A DNA stretch of 62,940 nt, counting the filler, from Candidatus Woesearchaeota archaeon (GTDB lineage: Archaea > Nanobdellota > Nanobdellia > Woesearchaeales > BM511), in the NCBI GenBank assembly GCA_023266675.1. It is 5 parts of 5 records of this genome, joined end to end, with 100 filler letters (N's around TTAATTAATTAA, not from the genome) between each part and the next. Parts side by side here need not be neighbours in the genome. Positions count along the whole stretch, not along the records: positions 1 to 13,058 come from JAHFPP010000039.1; positions 13,159 to 26,090 come from JAHFPP010000040.1; 3 more parts are not named here. One strand, given 5' to 3'. Under the pieces are notes generated by a model, which ran no database searches, was not told the origin of the DNA, and was given only the letters and a program-made list of their open reading frames with translations. Below, piece by piece: positions 9,497 to 18,200 of this stretch (position 1 is the first letter of the stretch; every line of letters begins with the position of its first letter). The position numbers and the translations under genes are program-made.

Positions 9497-9704
9497 GCAT
9501 AAAAAGGGGCAAAAACAGGGGAGGGATTTTAAATATCTCCCTTTCTTTTTTTTGTTTTGCTTGACCTATAATCATATAACAAATAAAAACTAAAAAGATG
9601 AATCACTTAAATTCAGAAGCTCAATTGTATGATTTTCATTCGGCTGAATTATTAGCCAATGCGGGAAAGTAAAAAAACAATAAATGCTGAAGCATGGCAG
9701 GTGG

Positions 9705-9817
9705 GACAAAAGTTCTGCCTGCTTTTTTATTTGCTCTCCCTATTGAGCAGAGTATAAGGCAGGAGTGGATTAACCCTGACCTTTCGGTGGTCGATTCAAG
9801 TTGCGAACTTTCTATCT
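9705..9817 (-). ncRNA. Putative structured small RNA, copy 4 of 4 (3' end uncertain)
   Basis: Starts at +13 of minus-strand motif 9822-9830; near-identical 58 nt to 4271-4328. Confidence 0.55.
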
Positions 9818-9938
9818 GATATTATAGGTCGAATAAAATAAAAAAAAGAAACGTATCTTTATCTCCTTTAGGCTCAAAGTACTTTCTTTTTTTTACTCTC
9901 CCTGACCTATAATAATATAACCAAAACAAAACAACCAA

Positions 9939-10124
9939 ATGAACTACGAGCCACGCAAAATATCTTCAACAGAAAATAGTGAATATTTAGCATTGTTTCA
10001 CAAGGCTGCTAATAGAGTTGTTCTTGATGAAGCAGAGCGAACAAGATTTAATAATTTGCTTACATTAAAACGAGCAAGACAAAGATTTGATATTCAATTT
10101 AACAATATGGTTAAATATAACTAA
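9939..10124 (+). CDS. Hypothetical phage protein
   Basis: After motif 9904. Confidence 0.65.
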   Translation: MNYEPRKISSTENSEYLALFHKAANRVVLDEAERTRFNNLLTLKRARQRFDIQFNNMVKYN

Positions 10125-10174
10125 GCAAATGCTCAAAGCAGTTCTTTTTTTTCTTTTCTTTGACCTATAATAAT

Positions 10175-10345
10175 ATGAAAGCAAAACCTGAAATAATAAA
10201 AATTAAAAGAGCGTGTCCTTGTTGTAATAAAAAAGATAATGTAAGAAAGGATTTTGATTTCCCAAAGACAGTGAGGTGTTGTGATAATTGCGGAGCTGAT
10301 TTTATGACTAATGGTGAAATAATATTTAATCCAAAAGTTAATTAA
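10175..10345 (+). CDS. Small Zn-ribbon protein (leaderless class)
   Basis: CPCC..CDNCG; ATG at +13 from motif 10162. Confidence 0.7.
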   Translation: MKAKPEIIKIKRACPCCNKKDNVRKDFDFPKTVRCCDNCGADFMTNGEIIFNPKVN

Positions 10346-10398
10346 TTCTTTTTTTTATTTTCTTTGACCTATAACAATATAACCAACAAAAACAACCA

Positions 10399-10719
10399 AT
10401 GAAAAATTTAGAGGAAAAATTAAAGCAGATTGATAAAATATTGGTTGCTCCATATCGTAAAGGTTTGAACTATGTTAAATTGATTGACCTTAGAGCAAAA
10501 GTATTAGCAGCTCTTCCTAAAAAAGTTCATGCTGATTTAACAGAGGCAGAGAAAATTGAATTGAAAAAAATCACCACAGAGATATTCGGCAATTCTACGA
10601 TGTTTATAATCTTTGATGATGAACAAGCAAACAATCCAAACTTGCAGCGTTGGGAGGATTTAATGACAAAACAAGCAAATTTTCAACAATATATGCTTCG
10701 TTGTATGGCTCAAAATTGA
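10399..10719 (+). CDS. Hypothetical phage protein
   Basis: After motif 10366. Confidence 0.7.
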   Translation: MKNLEEKLKQIDKILVAPYRKGLNYVKLIDLRAKVLAALPKKVHADLTEAEKIELKKITTEIFGNSTMFIIFDDEQANNPNLQRWEDLMTKQANFQQYMLRCMAQN

Positions 10720-10764
10720 GTAACTATTCAATTCTTTTTTTTAAAAACCTTGACCTATAATAAT

Positions 10765-10983
10765 ATGAGAAAGTATAAAGTAGAACATAGAGCAGTAATT
10801 AACACAGCAGGCGGTTTAATGTTTCGCAATGATGATTTGTATATTTCCCCAATATTTGAAAGAGGAGATTCGGGTGAATTGGCACGTAAACAAACAAGGG
10901 GCGAAGCATTGACAAGAGAAGAAAAAAATATTGTATCGTTATATGCTGAAAAAAAACGTAAAGAAAATTTAATGAAAAAATAG
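10765..10983 (+). CDS. Hypothetical phage protein (leaderless class)
   Basis: ATG at +13 from motif 10752. Confidence 0.7.
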   Translation: MRKYKVEHRAVINTAGGLMFRNDDLYISPIFERGDSGELARKQTRGEALTREEKNIVSLYAEKKRKENLMKK

Positions 10984-11017
10984 TTTCTTTTTTTCAATCT
11001 CCCTGACCTATAATAAT

Positions 11018-11416
11018 ATGAAACAGACAAAGCCAAAATTCAGCACACTTGTAAAAAATCTTTTAGCAATTGGTGGCACACGAGTTGTTGGCGACTTTGA
11101 TGAAGACTTGGCTAAAATTTTAAGCAGAGGCGAAGTGTTCTCCCCAAAGAAAGTTAAGAGTGTAAAAATGATACCTTGTAGATGCCATGCGAACGCAGGA
11201 GTATTTTGGGATAATTATTCATATAAAAACGGTTTTGATAACATTCAAATTGTAACTGGTTTTTGTTTGTCAGAAGATGGTTTATGGCGTTCGCATTCTT
11301 TTTTGTATCAGCCAATAGATAATGTAATAATTGAAACAACTGTAAAGAGAAAAATCTATTTTGGATTTGCTTTGAACTTAGAGGAATCTAAAAGTCACCA
11401 CGAAAATAATCATTAA
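11018..11416 (+). CDS. Putative papain/transglutaminase-like fold protein (Cys-His)
   Basis: RCHANA..IVTGF..GLWRSHSF..IIETT pattern; ATG at +13 from motif 11005. Confidence 0.55.
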   Translation: MKQTKPKFSTLVKNLLAIGGTRVVGDFDEDLAKILSRGEVFSPKKVKSVKMIPCRCHANAGVFWDNYSYKNGFDNIQIVTGFCLSEDGLWRSHSFLYQPIDNVIIETTVKRKIYFGFALNLEESKSHHENNH

Positions 11417-11421
11417 ATTCT

Positions 11422-11622
11422 ATGAATACAATCACATTTTCAAGACAAGCATTAAGCGACTACAAAAACAAGTCTTTAGATGCTATTGTAAACGGAAACA
11501 CCACTTTTGTACATAAAGGGGCGCTTATTAAAGTAAGTGATGCTGAACGGCTCATTGATAAGTTTACACCACACTTTTTGGATAAAAATAAGGATGAAGT
11601 AACAATACTGTATAATTTTTAA
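11422..11622 (+). CDS. Hypothetical phage protein, second gene of the unit
   Basis: 5 nt after the previous stop. Confidence 0.65.
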   Translation: MNTITFSRQALSDYKNKSLDAIVNGNTTFVHKGALIKVSDAERLIDKFTPHFLDKNKDEVTILYNF

Positions 11623-11713
11623 TCTTTCTTTTTTCAATCTCCCTGACCTATAATTTCAGAAACAAAGTTTCTGTCATAATAATATAAATCAAACAACTTA
11701 AAACTTTAAAATT

Positions 11714-11839
11714 ATGAAATCAATCTTCATCTTCGGAATTTTATCAATTGGATTATTAACGTCAGCACCAATTCTCCCTCGTAAAATTCGGGTTCCAAAA
11801 GAAACAGTTCACATTTTCAAAAAAGGATTCAGAGGTTAA
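11714..11839 (+). CDS. Small protein with hydrophobic N-terminus (41 aa)
   Basis: MKSIFIFGILSIGLLTSA; after interrupted motif 11645. Confidence 0.45.
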   Translation: MKSIFIFGILSIGLLTSAPILPRKIRVPKETVHIFKKGFRG

Positions 11840-11968
11840 AACTTTGGGGCGGAAAAATCAAGTCGGCATAAAACGAGAAGTCATACTCACGTAAGTCCCC
11901 AGGAATTACCCGCTCTTCTTTTTTTTATTTTCTTTGACCTATAATAATATAACTAAAACAAACGAGCC

Positions 11969-12235
11969 ATGCCTGACACAGTAGAAAAAGTATTAACTCC
12001 ACAAGAGCGCAAAGAAAAGTTTATAACTGATTTACAAGCAAAACTTGAAAAACGTTTTGAAGATGGTAAAACACTTGTAGCGGGATTTGAAACGTGTTCA
12101 AGAGCGCCAGCGTTTGGTTGGAGTGTTGAAGAGTATATGTATATGCCAATTGTGGCTTCACGTTTGAGAGAAAAAGGATTCACAGTATCAAGCAAAGTGA
12201 ATTGGGAGGTTACAGATTGGAATATTGCATTGTAG
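11969..12235 (+). CDS. Hypothetical phage protein
   Basis: After motif 11936. Confidence 0.7.
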   Translation: MPDTVEKVLTPQERKEKFITDLQAKLEKRFEDGKTLVAGFETCSRAPAFGWSVEEYMYMPIVASRLREKGFTVSSKVNWEVTDWNIAL

Positions 12236-12269
12236 TTTCTTTTTTTTAAATTCCTTGACCTATAACAAT

Positions 12270-12542
12270 ATGAAAAAGATAATCGTATTATTCGGAAATT
12301 TTACTTTTCATCATTTTGATGAAATTGAATTAAAATTATTTAAACAGAATACTGAACAGAAGGCGCTTATACATTCATTGGATAAAGTGTTTGAAGTTGA
12401 CACAGAGGCAGAAGTTGATGAACTTATTAATCAACTTGAAAATGTTTATTATGCGTGGATTGTACCAAGCGAATTTAAAGGGGAAATTGCAATTGAAGAG
12501 CCAAACAAAACACTTGACGAATTGATTGCAGAAAAAAAATAA
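12270..12542 (+). CDS. Acidic hypothetical phage protein (leaderless class)
   Basis: ATG at +13 from motif 12257. Confidence 0.7.
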   Translation: MKKIIVLFGNFTFHHFDEIELKLFKQNTEQKALIHSLDKVFEVDTEAEVDELINQLENVYYAWIVPSEFKGEIAIEEPNKTLDELIAEKK

Positions 12543-12579
12543 GTGTTTCTTTTTTTTAAATTCCTTGACCTATAATAAT

Positions 12580-12996
12580 ATGAAACAGACAAAAGTAATA
12601 AAGTTGATGATAATTAATAATTTCATTGACCATTGGACAAGCAATGAGGCTGAACGTGAACGAATGAAAAACACTGCAGCTGTTTATGTTACAGAAGACC
12701 ATGTTGATGAAATTGCACAATCGAATCTTTTAGATTCAATTGTTGTGAATAAGGATGCAGCAAAAGAGAGAGTTGAAAAAACGTATAATGAAGTTCTTGC
12801 AAAAATTAAGTCTATGGCTAAAAATGGACTTTCTACATTTAGAATTGACTTGCTTGTGGCTGATTCAATTGAACTTGAAGAAATTGTAAATAAACTTGAA
12901 AGTGAGCATCAAATAATGATTGGGTACAAAGGTAAAATGTATAATGGTTATGAGAGGGATTTAAAGAGTTGGACAATCAGATTTTTCACAAATTAA
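12580..12996 (+). CDS. Hypothetical phage protein (leaderless class)
   Basis: ATG at +13 from motif 12567. Confidence 0.7.
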   Translation: MKQTKVIKLMIINNFIDHWTSNEAERERMKNTAAVYVTEDHVDEIAQSNLLDSIVVNKDAAKERVEKTYNEVLAKIKSMAKNGLSTFRIDLLVADSIELEEIVNKLESEHQIMIGYKGKMYNGYERDLKSWTIRFFTN

Positions 12997-13058
12997 TAAC
13001 TTTCTTTTTTTTATTTTGTTTGACCTATAATAAAAAACAAACAGATGAACAAGCAAGG

Positions 13059-13158
13059 NNNNNNNNNNNNNNNNNNNNNNNNNNNNNNNNNNNNNNNNNN
13101 NNTTAATTAATTAANNNNNNNNNNNNNNNNNNNNNNNNNNNNNNNNNNNNNNNNNNNN
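13059..13158. other. Artificial contig linker
   Basis: N44-TTAATTAATTAA-N44 (stops in all six frames). Confidence 0.99.
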
Positions 13159-13803
13159 TACAGAAAAACCACATTAAAGGATCTGAAACGCTTTTCAAAA
13201 AAATACAAATTAAAAGTAAAAATAATTTCTTTTAAAAAAGAGTTTGGGTTTTCGCTTGATGAAGCAGTAAAAAAGTTTGATGAGAATCCTTGCCATATAT
13301 GCGGTGTGCTTAGGCGATTTCTTTTAAACAAATATTCAAAAAAATACGATGTTATAGTTACAGGTCACAATCTTGATGATGAAGCTCAGGCAGTTATGAT
13401 GAATATTTTAAAGGCGCAGACTGAACTTCAGACAAGGCTTGGACCTATAAGCGGCGTAAAAACAAACGCCGGATTTACAAAGAGGGTAAAACCTCTATAT
13501 TTTATAAAAGAAAAGGAAGTAAAGGCGTATACTCTTCTTATGGGATTTAACATAAATTTTACTGAGTGTACATATTCGCACTTATCATTCAGATCAGAAG
13601 TTCAAAAGGAATTAAATAATTATGAATCAAAGCACAGCGGTGCAAAACTTAACTTGATAAATAATTTTTTAAAATCACTTCCAAAATTAAAAAATAAATT
13701 CAAAAGTGAAGAAAACGTTTCATTATGTCAAAGATGCGGCGAACCATCAGCAGGAAATGAATGCAGAACTTGTCAGATAATTGCTAAATTCAATTCTAAA
13801 TAA
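13159..13803 (+). CDS. TtuA/NcsA (TIGR00269-type) tRNA 2-thiolation protein, 5'-truncated by contig edge
   Basis: Frame open from 13159: PCHICGVLRR, TGHNLDDEAQ, RVKPL, C-terminal CxxCGEP..CxxC. Confidence 0.9.
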   Translation, partial: YRKTTLKDLKRFSKKYKLKVKIISFKKEFGFSLDEAVKKFDENPCHICGVLRRFLLNKYSKKYDVIVTGHNLDDEAQAVMMNILKAQTELQTRLGPISGVKTNAGFTKRVKPLYFIKEKEVKAYTLLMGFNINFTECTYSHLSFRSEVQKELNNYESKHSGAKLNLINNFLKSLPKLKNKFKSEENVSLCQRCGEPSAGNECRTCQIIAKFNSK

Positions 13804-13820
13804 TTTTGATTAATTTTTAT

Positions 13821-14588
13821 CTAACTTTTTTTGTCATAATTGGAGTATTTTGATCTTGTTGATGAAGTGTTTATCTTAGCAGGTTTCTTGTAATCATTTT
13901 TTGGAGTGTTAAAAGATTCAACTTCGTTTTTGTTTAGCCATCTATACTGCCCTTGCTTAAGTTTTCCCAAATGTACTTTTCCAACTCTTAACCGACAAAG
14001 TTCAAGAACACGGTATCCTACTTCATTAAAAATTCTTTTAACAATCTTATTTTTTCCTTCATGAATTGTAATTTCAACTTCTTTTTTGCTTCGCTGAAAA
14101 ATCTTCGCTTTAACAAATCCATCATGAAGTTTAAATCCTTTTTCAATAGTTGCTTTATCTTCTTTTACTAATGGTTCATCAAGTATAGCTAGATATGTTT
14201 TTTCAACTTCATATCGCGGATGCATTATTTTGTTTGCCCATTCACCATCATTTGACATTAAAAGCAGTCCGGTTGCGTCTCTGTCAAGACGGCCTATTGG
14301 AAAAACTCTCTCCTTCAAATTTATTAAATCAGTCACTTTTTTCCTGTCATACATGTCTGACGCGGTTGTTATGAATCCTCTTGGCTTGTTTAGTGCAAGG
14401 TAAACTTTCTGTTCTTTTTCCAAAACAAAGTCTCCAATGCTGATTGTGTCTTTAGAGAAATCTGCTTTGTCTCCAATATGTATTTTTTCGCCGTTAACAC
14501 TAACTTTACCTGCAATTATAAGTTCTTCAGCCTTACGCCTGGAGCAGTATCCTGATGCAGCAATTATTTTTTGTACTCTTTCAGTCAT
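13821..14588 (-). CDS. RsuA/RluB-family rRNA pseudouridine synthase
   Basis: S4 domain ERVQK..SRRKAE; catalytic GRLDRDATGLLL; KTY; HEGKN. Confidence 0.93.
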   Translation of the reverse strand: MTERVQKIIAASGYCSRRKAEELIIAGKVSVNGEKIHIGDKADFSKDTISIGDFVLEKEQKVYLALNKPRGFITTASDMYDRKKVTDLINLKERVFPIGRLDRDATGLLLMSNDGEWANKIMHPRYEVEKTYLAILDEPLVKEDKATIEKGFKLHDGFVKAKIFQRSKKEVEITIHEGKNKIVKRIFNEVGYRVLELCRLRVGKVHLGKLKQGQYRWLNKNEVESFNTPKNDYKKPAKINTSSTRSKYSNYDKKS

Positions 14589-14640
14589 TTTAAACTGTAG
14601 AAACGGAATATATTTATAATATGTTCTTTTTTTGAATGGT

Positions 14641-15207
14641 ATGTTTCAGGATATATGTTTTCCAAAAAATAATGAGAAAGAATTTGTAGAAGTAGCAAAG
14701 GCGCTTAGTACAAAAGCGCTTATTTTTGTATATCCCTTTAAAGATATGAAAACATTTGAAAACAAAAAAAAAGAACTCACTGAAATAAAAGAAATTCGTG
14801 TTGACATAGGTTTACTCGCTGATGAAAAGTCAATAAATAAAATTCAATTGATTAGTGATTATATTTTCATATCAACTGCTACGAAATCCTTGATTGAAAA
14901 CAAGAAAAGCTATGTGCTATTTGATTTTGAAAAACAGGACAAGAATGATTTTTTGCACCATAGAAATTCAGGCCTTAATCATGTTATGTGCCAGCTTATG
15001 AAGGAAAAGGAAAAAATACTTGGAATATCATTTTCTTCTCTTTTAAATTCAAAAAATAAAGATGTTATGCTTGGGCGTATGCAGCAAAATGCAAGGTTTT
15101 CAAAAAAATACAAATTAAAAACTGTTTTTGCAAGCTTTGCACAGTCTCCTTACGAACTTAGGGCAGAGCATGAAATTATAAGTTTTCAAAAAATTCTTGG
15201 AGTTTGA
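14641..15207 (+). CDS. RNase P protein subunit p30 (Rpp30)-like
   Basis: HHRNSGLNHV, LGRMQQN..KKYK..ASFAQSPYELRA. Confidence 0.75.
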   Translation: MFQDICFPKNNEKEFVEVAKALSTKALIFVYPFKDMKTFENKKKELTEIKEIRVDIGLLADEKSINKIQLISDYIFISTATKSLIENKKSYVLFDFEKQDKNDFLHHRNSGLNHVMCQLMKEKEKILGISFSSLLNSKNKDVMLGRMQQNARFSKKYKLKTVFASFAQSPYELRAEHEIISFQKILGV

Positions 15208-15219
15208 CTATTTCTTACA

Positions 15220-15234
15220 GAAAAGTATATAAAC
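15220..15234 (+). promoter_or_regulatory. Archaeal BRE-TATA
   Basis: GAAAAG-TATATAAAC upstream of the 15293 gene; similar sites near 21292, 29265, 31431, 34253. Confidence 0.55.
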
Positions 15235-15292
15235 AATTAGTTTCAGAGAATAAACATAATAAACTTACTTTGATAAAAGAGGGTGTGGGAAT

Positions 15293-18200
15293 TTGAAAAA
15301 TAAATTAGTATTCTTATTTAGTTTCCTGATAGTTTTCTCGCTTTTATTCTCATCTTCAATCTTAGCTGTTGATACTCCAATAAACTGTCAAGAAGGATAT
15401 AAAGTTGTTTATCAACATCCTTCAAAAACATGCAGTAACGGTGTTGATACTTGTTCTACTCCTGCTAAAGCTAATGATTCAATTTTTTATACTCAAGATA
15501 TTTCTGGCACAGCAGCGTATGGTTGTTCTTTTGGATACGCGACAGGTAGTAGTTACTGTTATGGAAATTCTATGAATGGAAGGTGTCCAGCATCTTTAGC
15601 CCAAGGTTCTTTTGATTTTGCTGAAGCAAGAAGTGCAGGAGTTCATGAAGATGCTCTTTTATGTTATCCAAAAAATATAGGAACATGTGTTCCTATAACT
15701 ACTGCTTCTACTCCTTCATCTACACATAATTTATGTTCATCTGATCCTGCAGCAACAAATTATTGTGAATGTGATTCTTCTAAAATAGGCAATGTGTCTG
15801 AAAATGGATACATCTGTGTAACAGATAAATGGGGTAGTACAAGTACACAATATGTTTGGCTAAATGCTACTTCAAAATGGATAGATAACACTAAATCCAG
15901 CACACTTCGATTCAAGATTTATGACTTAAAATCTGCCACTCAAAACTACAGTATCATTTCAAACGGCAAAGATCTATATTATTGTAACGCGCAGGCAACA
16001 TATCCTTCCTTACCTTCTTCTTATATAGCAGTATCAGACAAAGGGACTTTTTCAAATTATATAACTAACCAAGGAACAAGTGCTGATATTTCTGGTTCAG
16101 AGCAAGTTGATGATAATTCAGATGCCAATACAGGAATATGCCAAGATGTAGATAATTGTTTACTCAATGAGGATTCATCTACTTCATCCGGTACGCAAAT
16201 AGAGGCTGCAGCAGTAGTTGATCAGATTAATACTGATGATAAAAAAAGTAGTTCATTTATTTGTTATCAAACTAATGGCGTAAATAATTTTGCAGAATGT
16301 TGCAAAGGAAATTGTAAAAATAAAGACGGTGTTAAATCTGCATACGGGATAAGAACTTTTGGTAATGGAGCAAATATCCGATCTATAGTAACATATGATA
16401 ATTTTAATACAACAAATCCTGATATTTTAAATAATAATTTTAAAATTAAAAAATTTGATGGCACTACACAAACTCTTACTTTAATTAATCAATTACCTTC
16501 AGACATAAAAAATATCGTATCTTTTAACTCACTCTCATTTGATATAATGTCAAATCATAATATCACCTCAAATTTTAGTATAAGATTCTATAATAATGAT
16601 GTACTTTTTTCAGATTTAAAAATAGAAAATTTTATATCATATAATCTAAATGGAGTTTGGCATCGTGTAAGAATACCTCAATCTTCTCTAGTTGGCCTAA
16701 ATTCTGTTACAAGTATAGAAATCTATTATTCAGGGCCGGCAACAAATGAAAATTATGTAACAGTTGCTATTGATAATGTTAACCTTGACAAAGATAACTA
16801 TTACTGCAGTTCAGACGGCGAAAAATGGATTATTGGACTTAATCCACCTCCATCTGCAACAACTACTGTAGAAAAAGATATTTATAAATCAGCATGCAAT
16901 GGAATAAGAAGCTTTGGCTGGACAGGAAATAAATGCTGTGGGTATGTTCCCGGTGAATACTATAATGACAGTGAAGCAGGGTGTTTTAACGGATATAAAG
17001 TGTTTAATGACACAACTGTAAAAGAAACATTAAATAAAGAAGAATTCAATGATTTATTATTTGTAAATGAAAATCAGGATAAAGGCTCATTTTATCAATG
17101 CTCATTTTCACAAAATATTAACACAGAATCAATATGCAATGTAAAACCAACCTGTGACACTTCCAAAGAAACTGAAGTTTTAGAAATGTCAAGCAACATA
17201 AATGCTCATGCGGCAAAACCAGGGCATACACAAACACCATCATACCAAAAACTTTGCTGCAACACTTCAAAGCTTAATCAAATTAGTTCATCTAATCAAT
17301 TATTCTTAAGCGGCAATTCAAATGCTCACGTTTCAGCAACAAAAGATGCAGTTTATACAGAAACAGTTACAATAGGAAAAGGAGATGCAACTAAAGCGTC
17401 ATGTTCATTAACGCCAGGTAACCAGTGTCCTTCAGGTTATTCATCATTGTTCTCAACTTCAAGCCAAACAAACGCTCACATAGCAGAAGCGGGTTATTAC
17501 GAATATAATTATTGCTGTGGTGTTTCATCCGGTGTTTCATTAACTTTAGCTCCATTAAACCTATACAGTTCTCCAGCTGTGATAACTAAAGGAGCCTGTG
17601 AAATTGAAGGAAATCATGTATGTGATAATGGAAATAATTGGAGAGAAATGACACAAGACGACTTATATACAACGGTAAACGGTGTTAAAAAGATGAATGT
17701 TTCTAAAACATACACAGATTCAATAAGCATGAATAATGATACAAGCCCTATAGGATGCTGTGCAGTAAATCATTGCTGGAATGGGACTAGCTGTGTTAAT
17801 GGGTTAGTTAATTTTTCACAGCAGTTTAACAATGCAATTCCGGATTCTGAAGTTTATGAAAAAGGGATTATAAATAAAACTGATTTTGGAGTCGTATGTT
17901 CGCTTGGCAACTGGAATATTAGTGAGAAAAAATATTCTCCATTCCATGACCACTCGGGATACTGTCCTTTAGATTCACAATGTTTTTACGCTGATTCAAA
18001 CGGAAACAATAGAAAATGCTATTTTAATGGAGCAATAGTAAATGACACTTTAGCAACATTATCAGACTTTATGTGCAGCAGCGGAAACTGGACTTCAAGA
18101 ACAAAGCTTTTAGCAGACGCTCTTTACAATGTAAATACAAACGGAAAACCTTACTCAATATTCTGCGATGATATGGATGTTCAAAAATCAATCAATCAAT

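Larger units (their letters stand above)
622..13030. promoter_or_regulatory. Dispersed ~30-bp motif TTC-T7-9-N~8-YGACCTATAA-N4, about 41 copies; probable phage promoter, often fused to an upstream terminator U-tract
   Basis: GACCTATAA on + at 996,1386,1748,1986,2203,2622,2919,3115,3242,3443,4100,4392,4651,4891,5154,5445,5774,6354,6831,7132,7388,7667,8082,8197,8275,8501,9563,9904,10162,10366,10752,11005,11645,11936,12257,12567,13022; on - at 622-630,923-931,4333-4341,9822-9830. The repeat is certain; promoter function is inferred. Confidence 0.8.
1..13058. mobile_element. Phage-like contig: array of small monocistronic genes and ncRNAs (putative early/host-takeover region); possibly mis-binned with the archaeal contigs
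   Basis: About 35 short ORFs, mostly + strand, most behind the same motif; DUF932- and Lar-like cargo; no housekeeping genes; A/C-rich SD-less leaders unlike contigs 2-5. Confidence 0.8.

Noticed and set aside
1746..12579. Shared N-terminal peptide (FFFSLTYNN / MTYNN / MTYK) in many track ORFs
   Set aside because: Translation of the DNA motif from its TTG; the true starts are the downstream ATGs
622..13030. Repeat array as a CRISPR array
   Set aside because: Spacers are ~50-1000 bp and mostly whole ORFs, the repeats are degenerate and on both strands, and there are no cas genes
622..13030. Repeat array as a classical integron
   Set aside because: No RYYYAAC..GTTRRRY palindromic attC structure and no integrase in the contig
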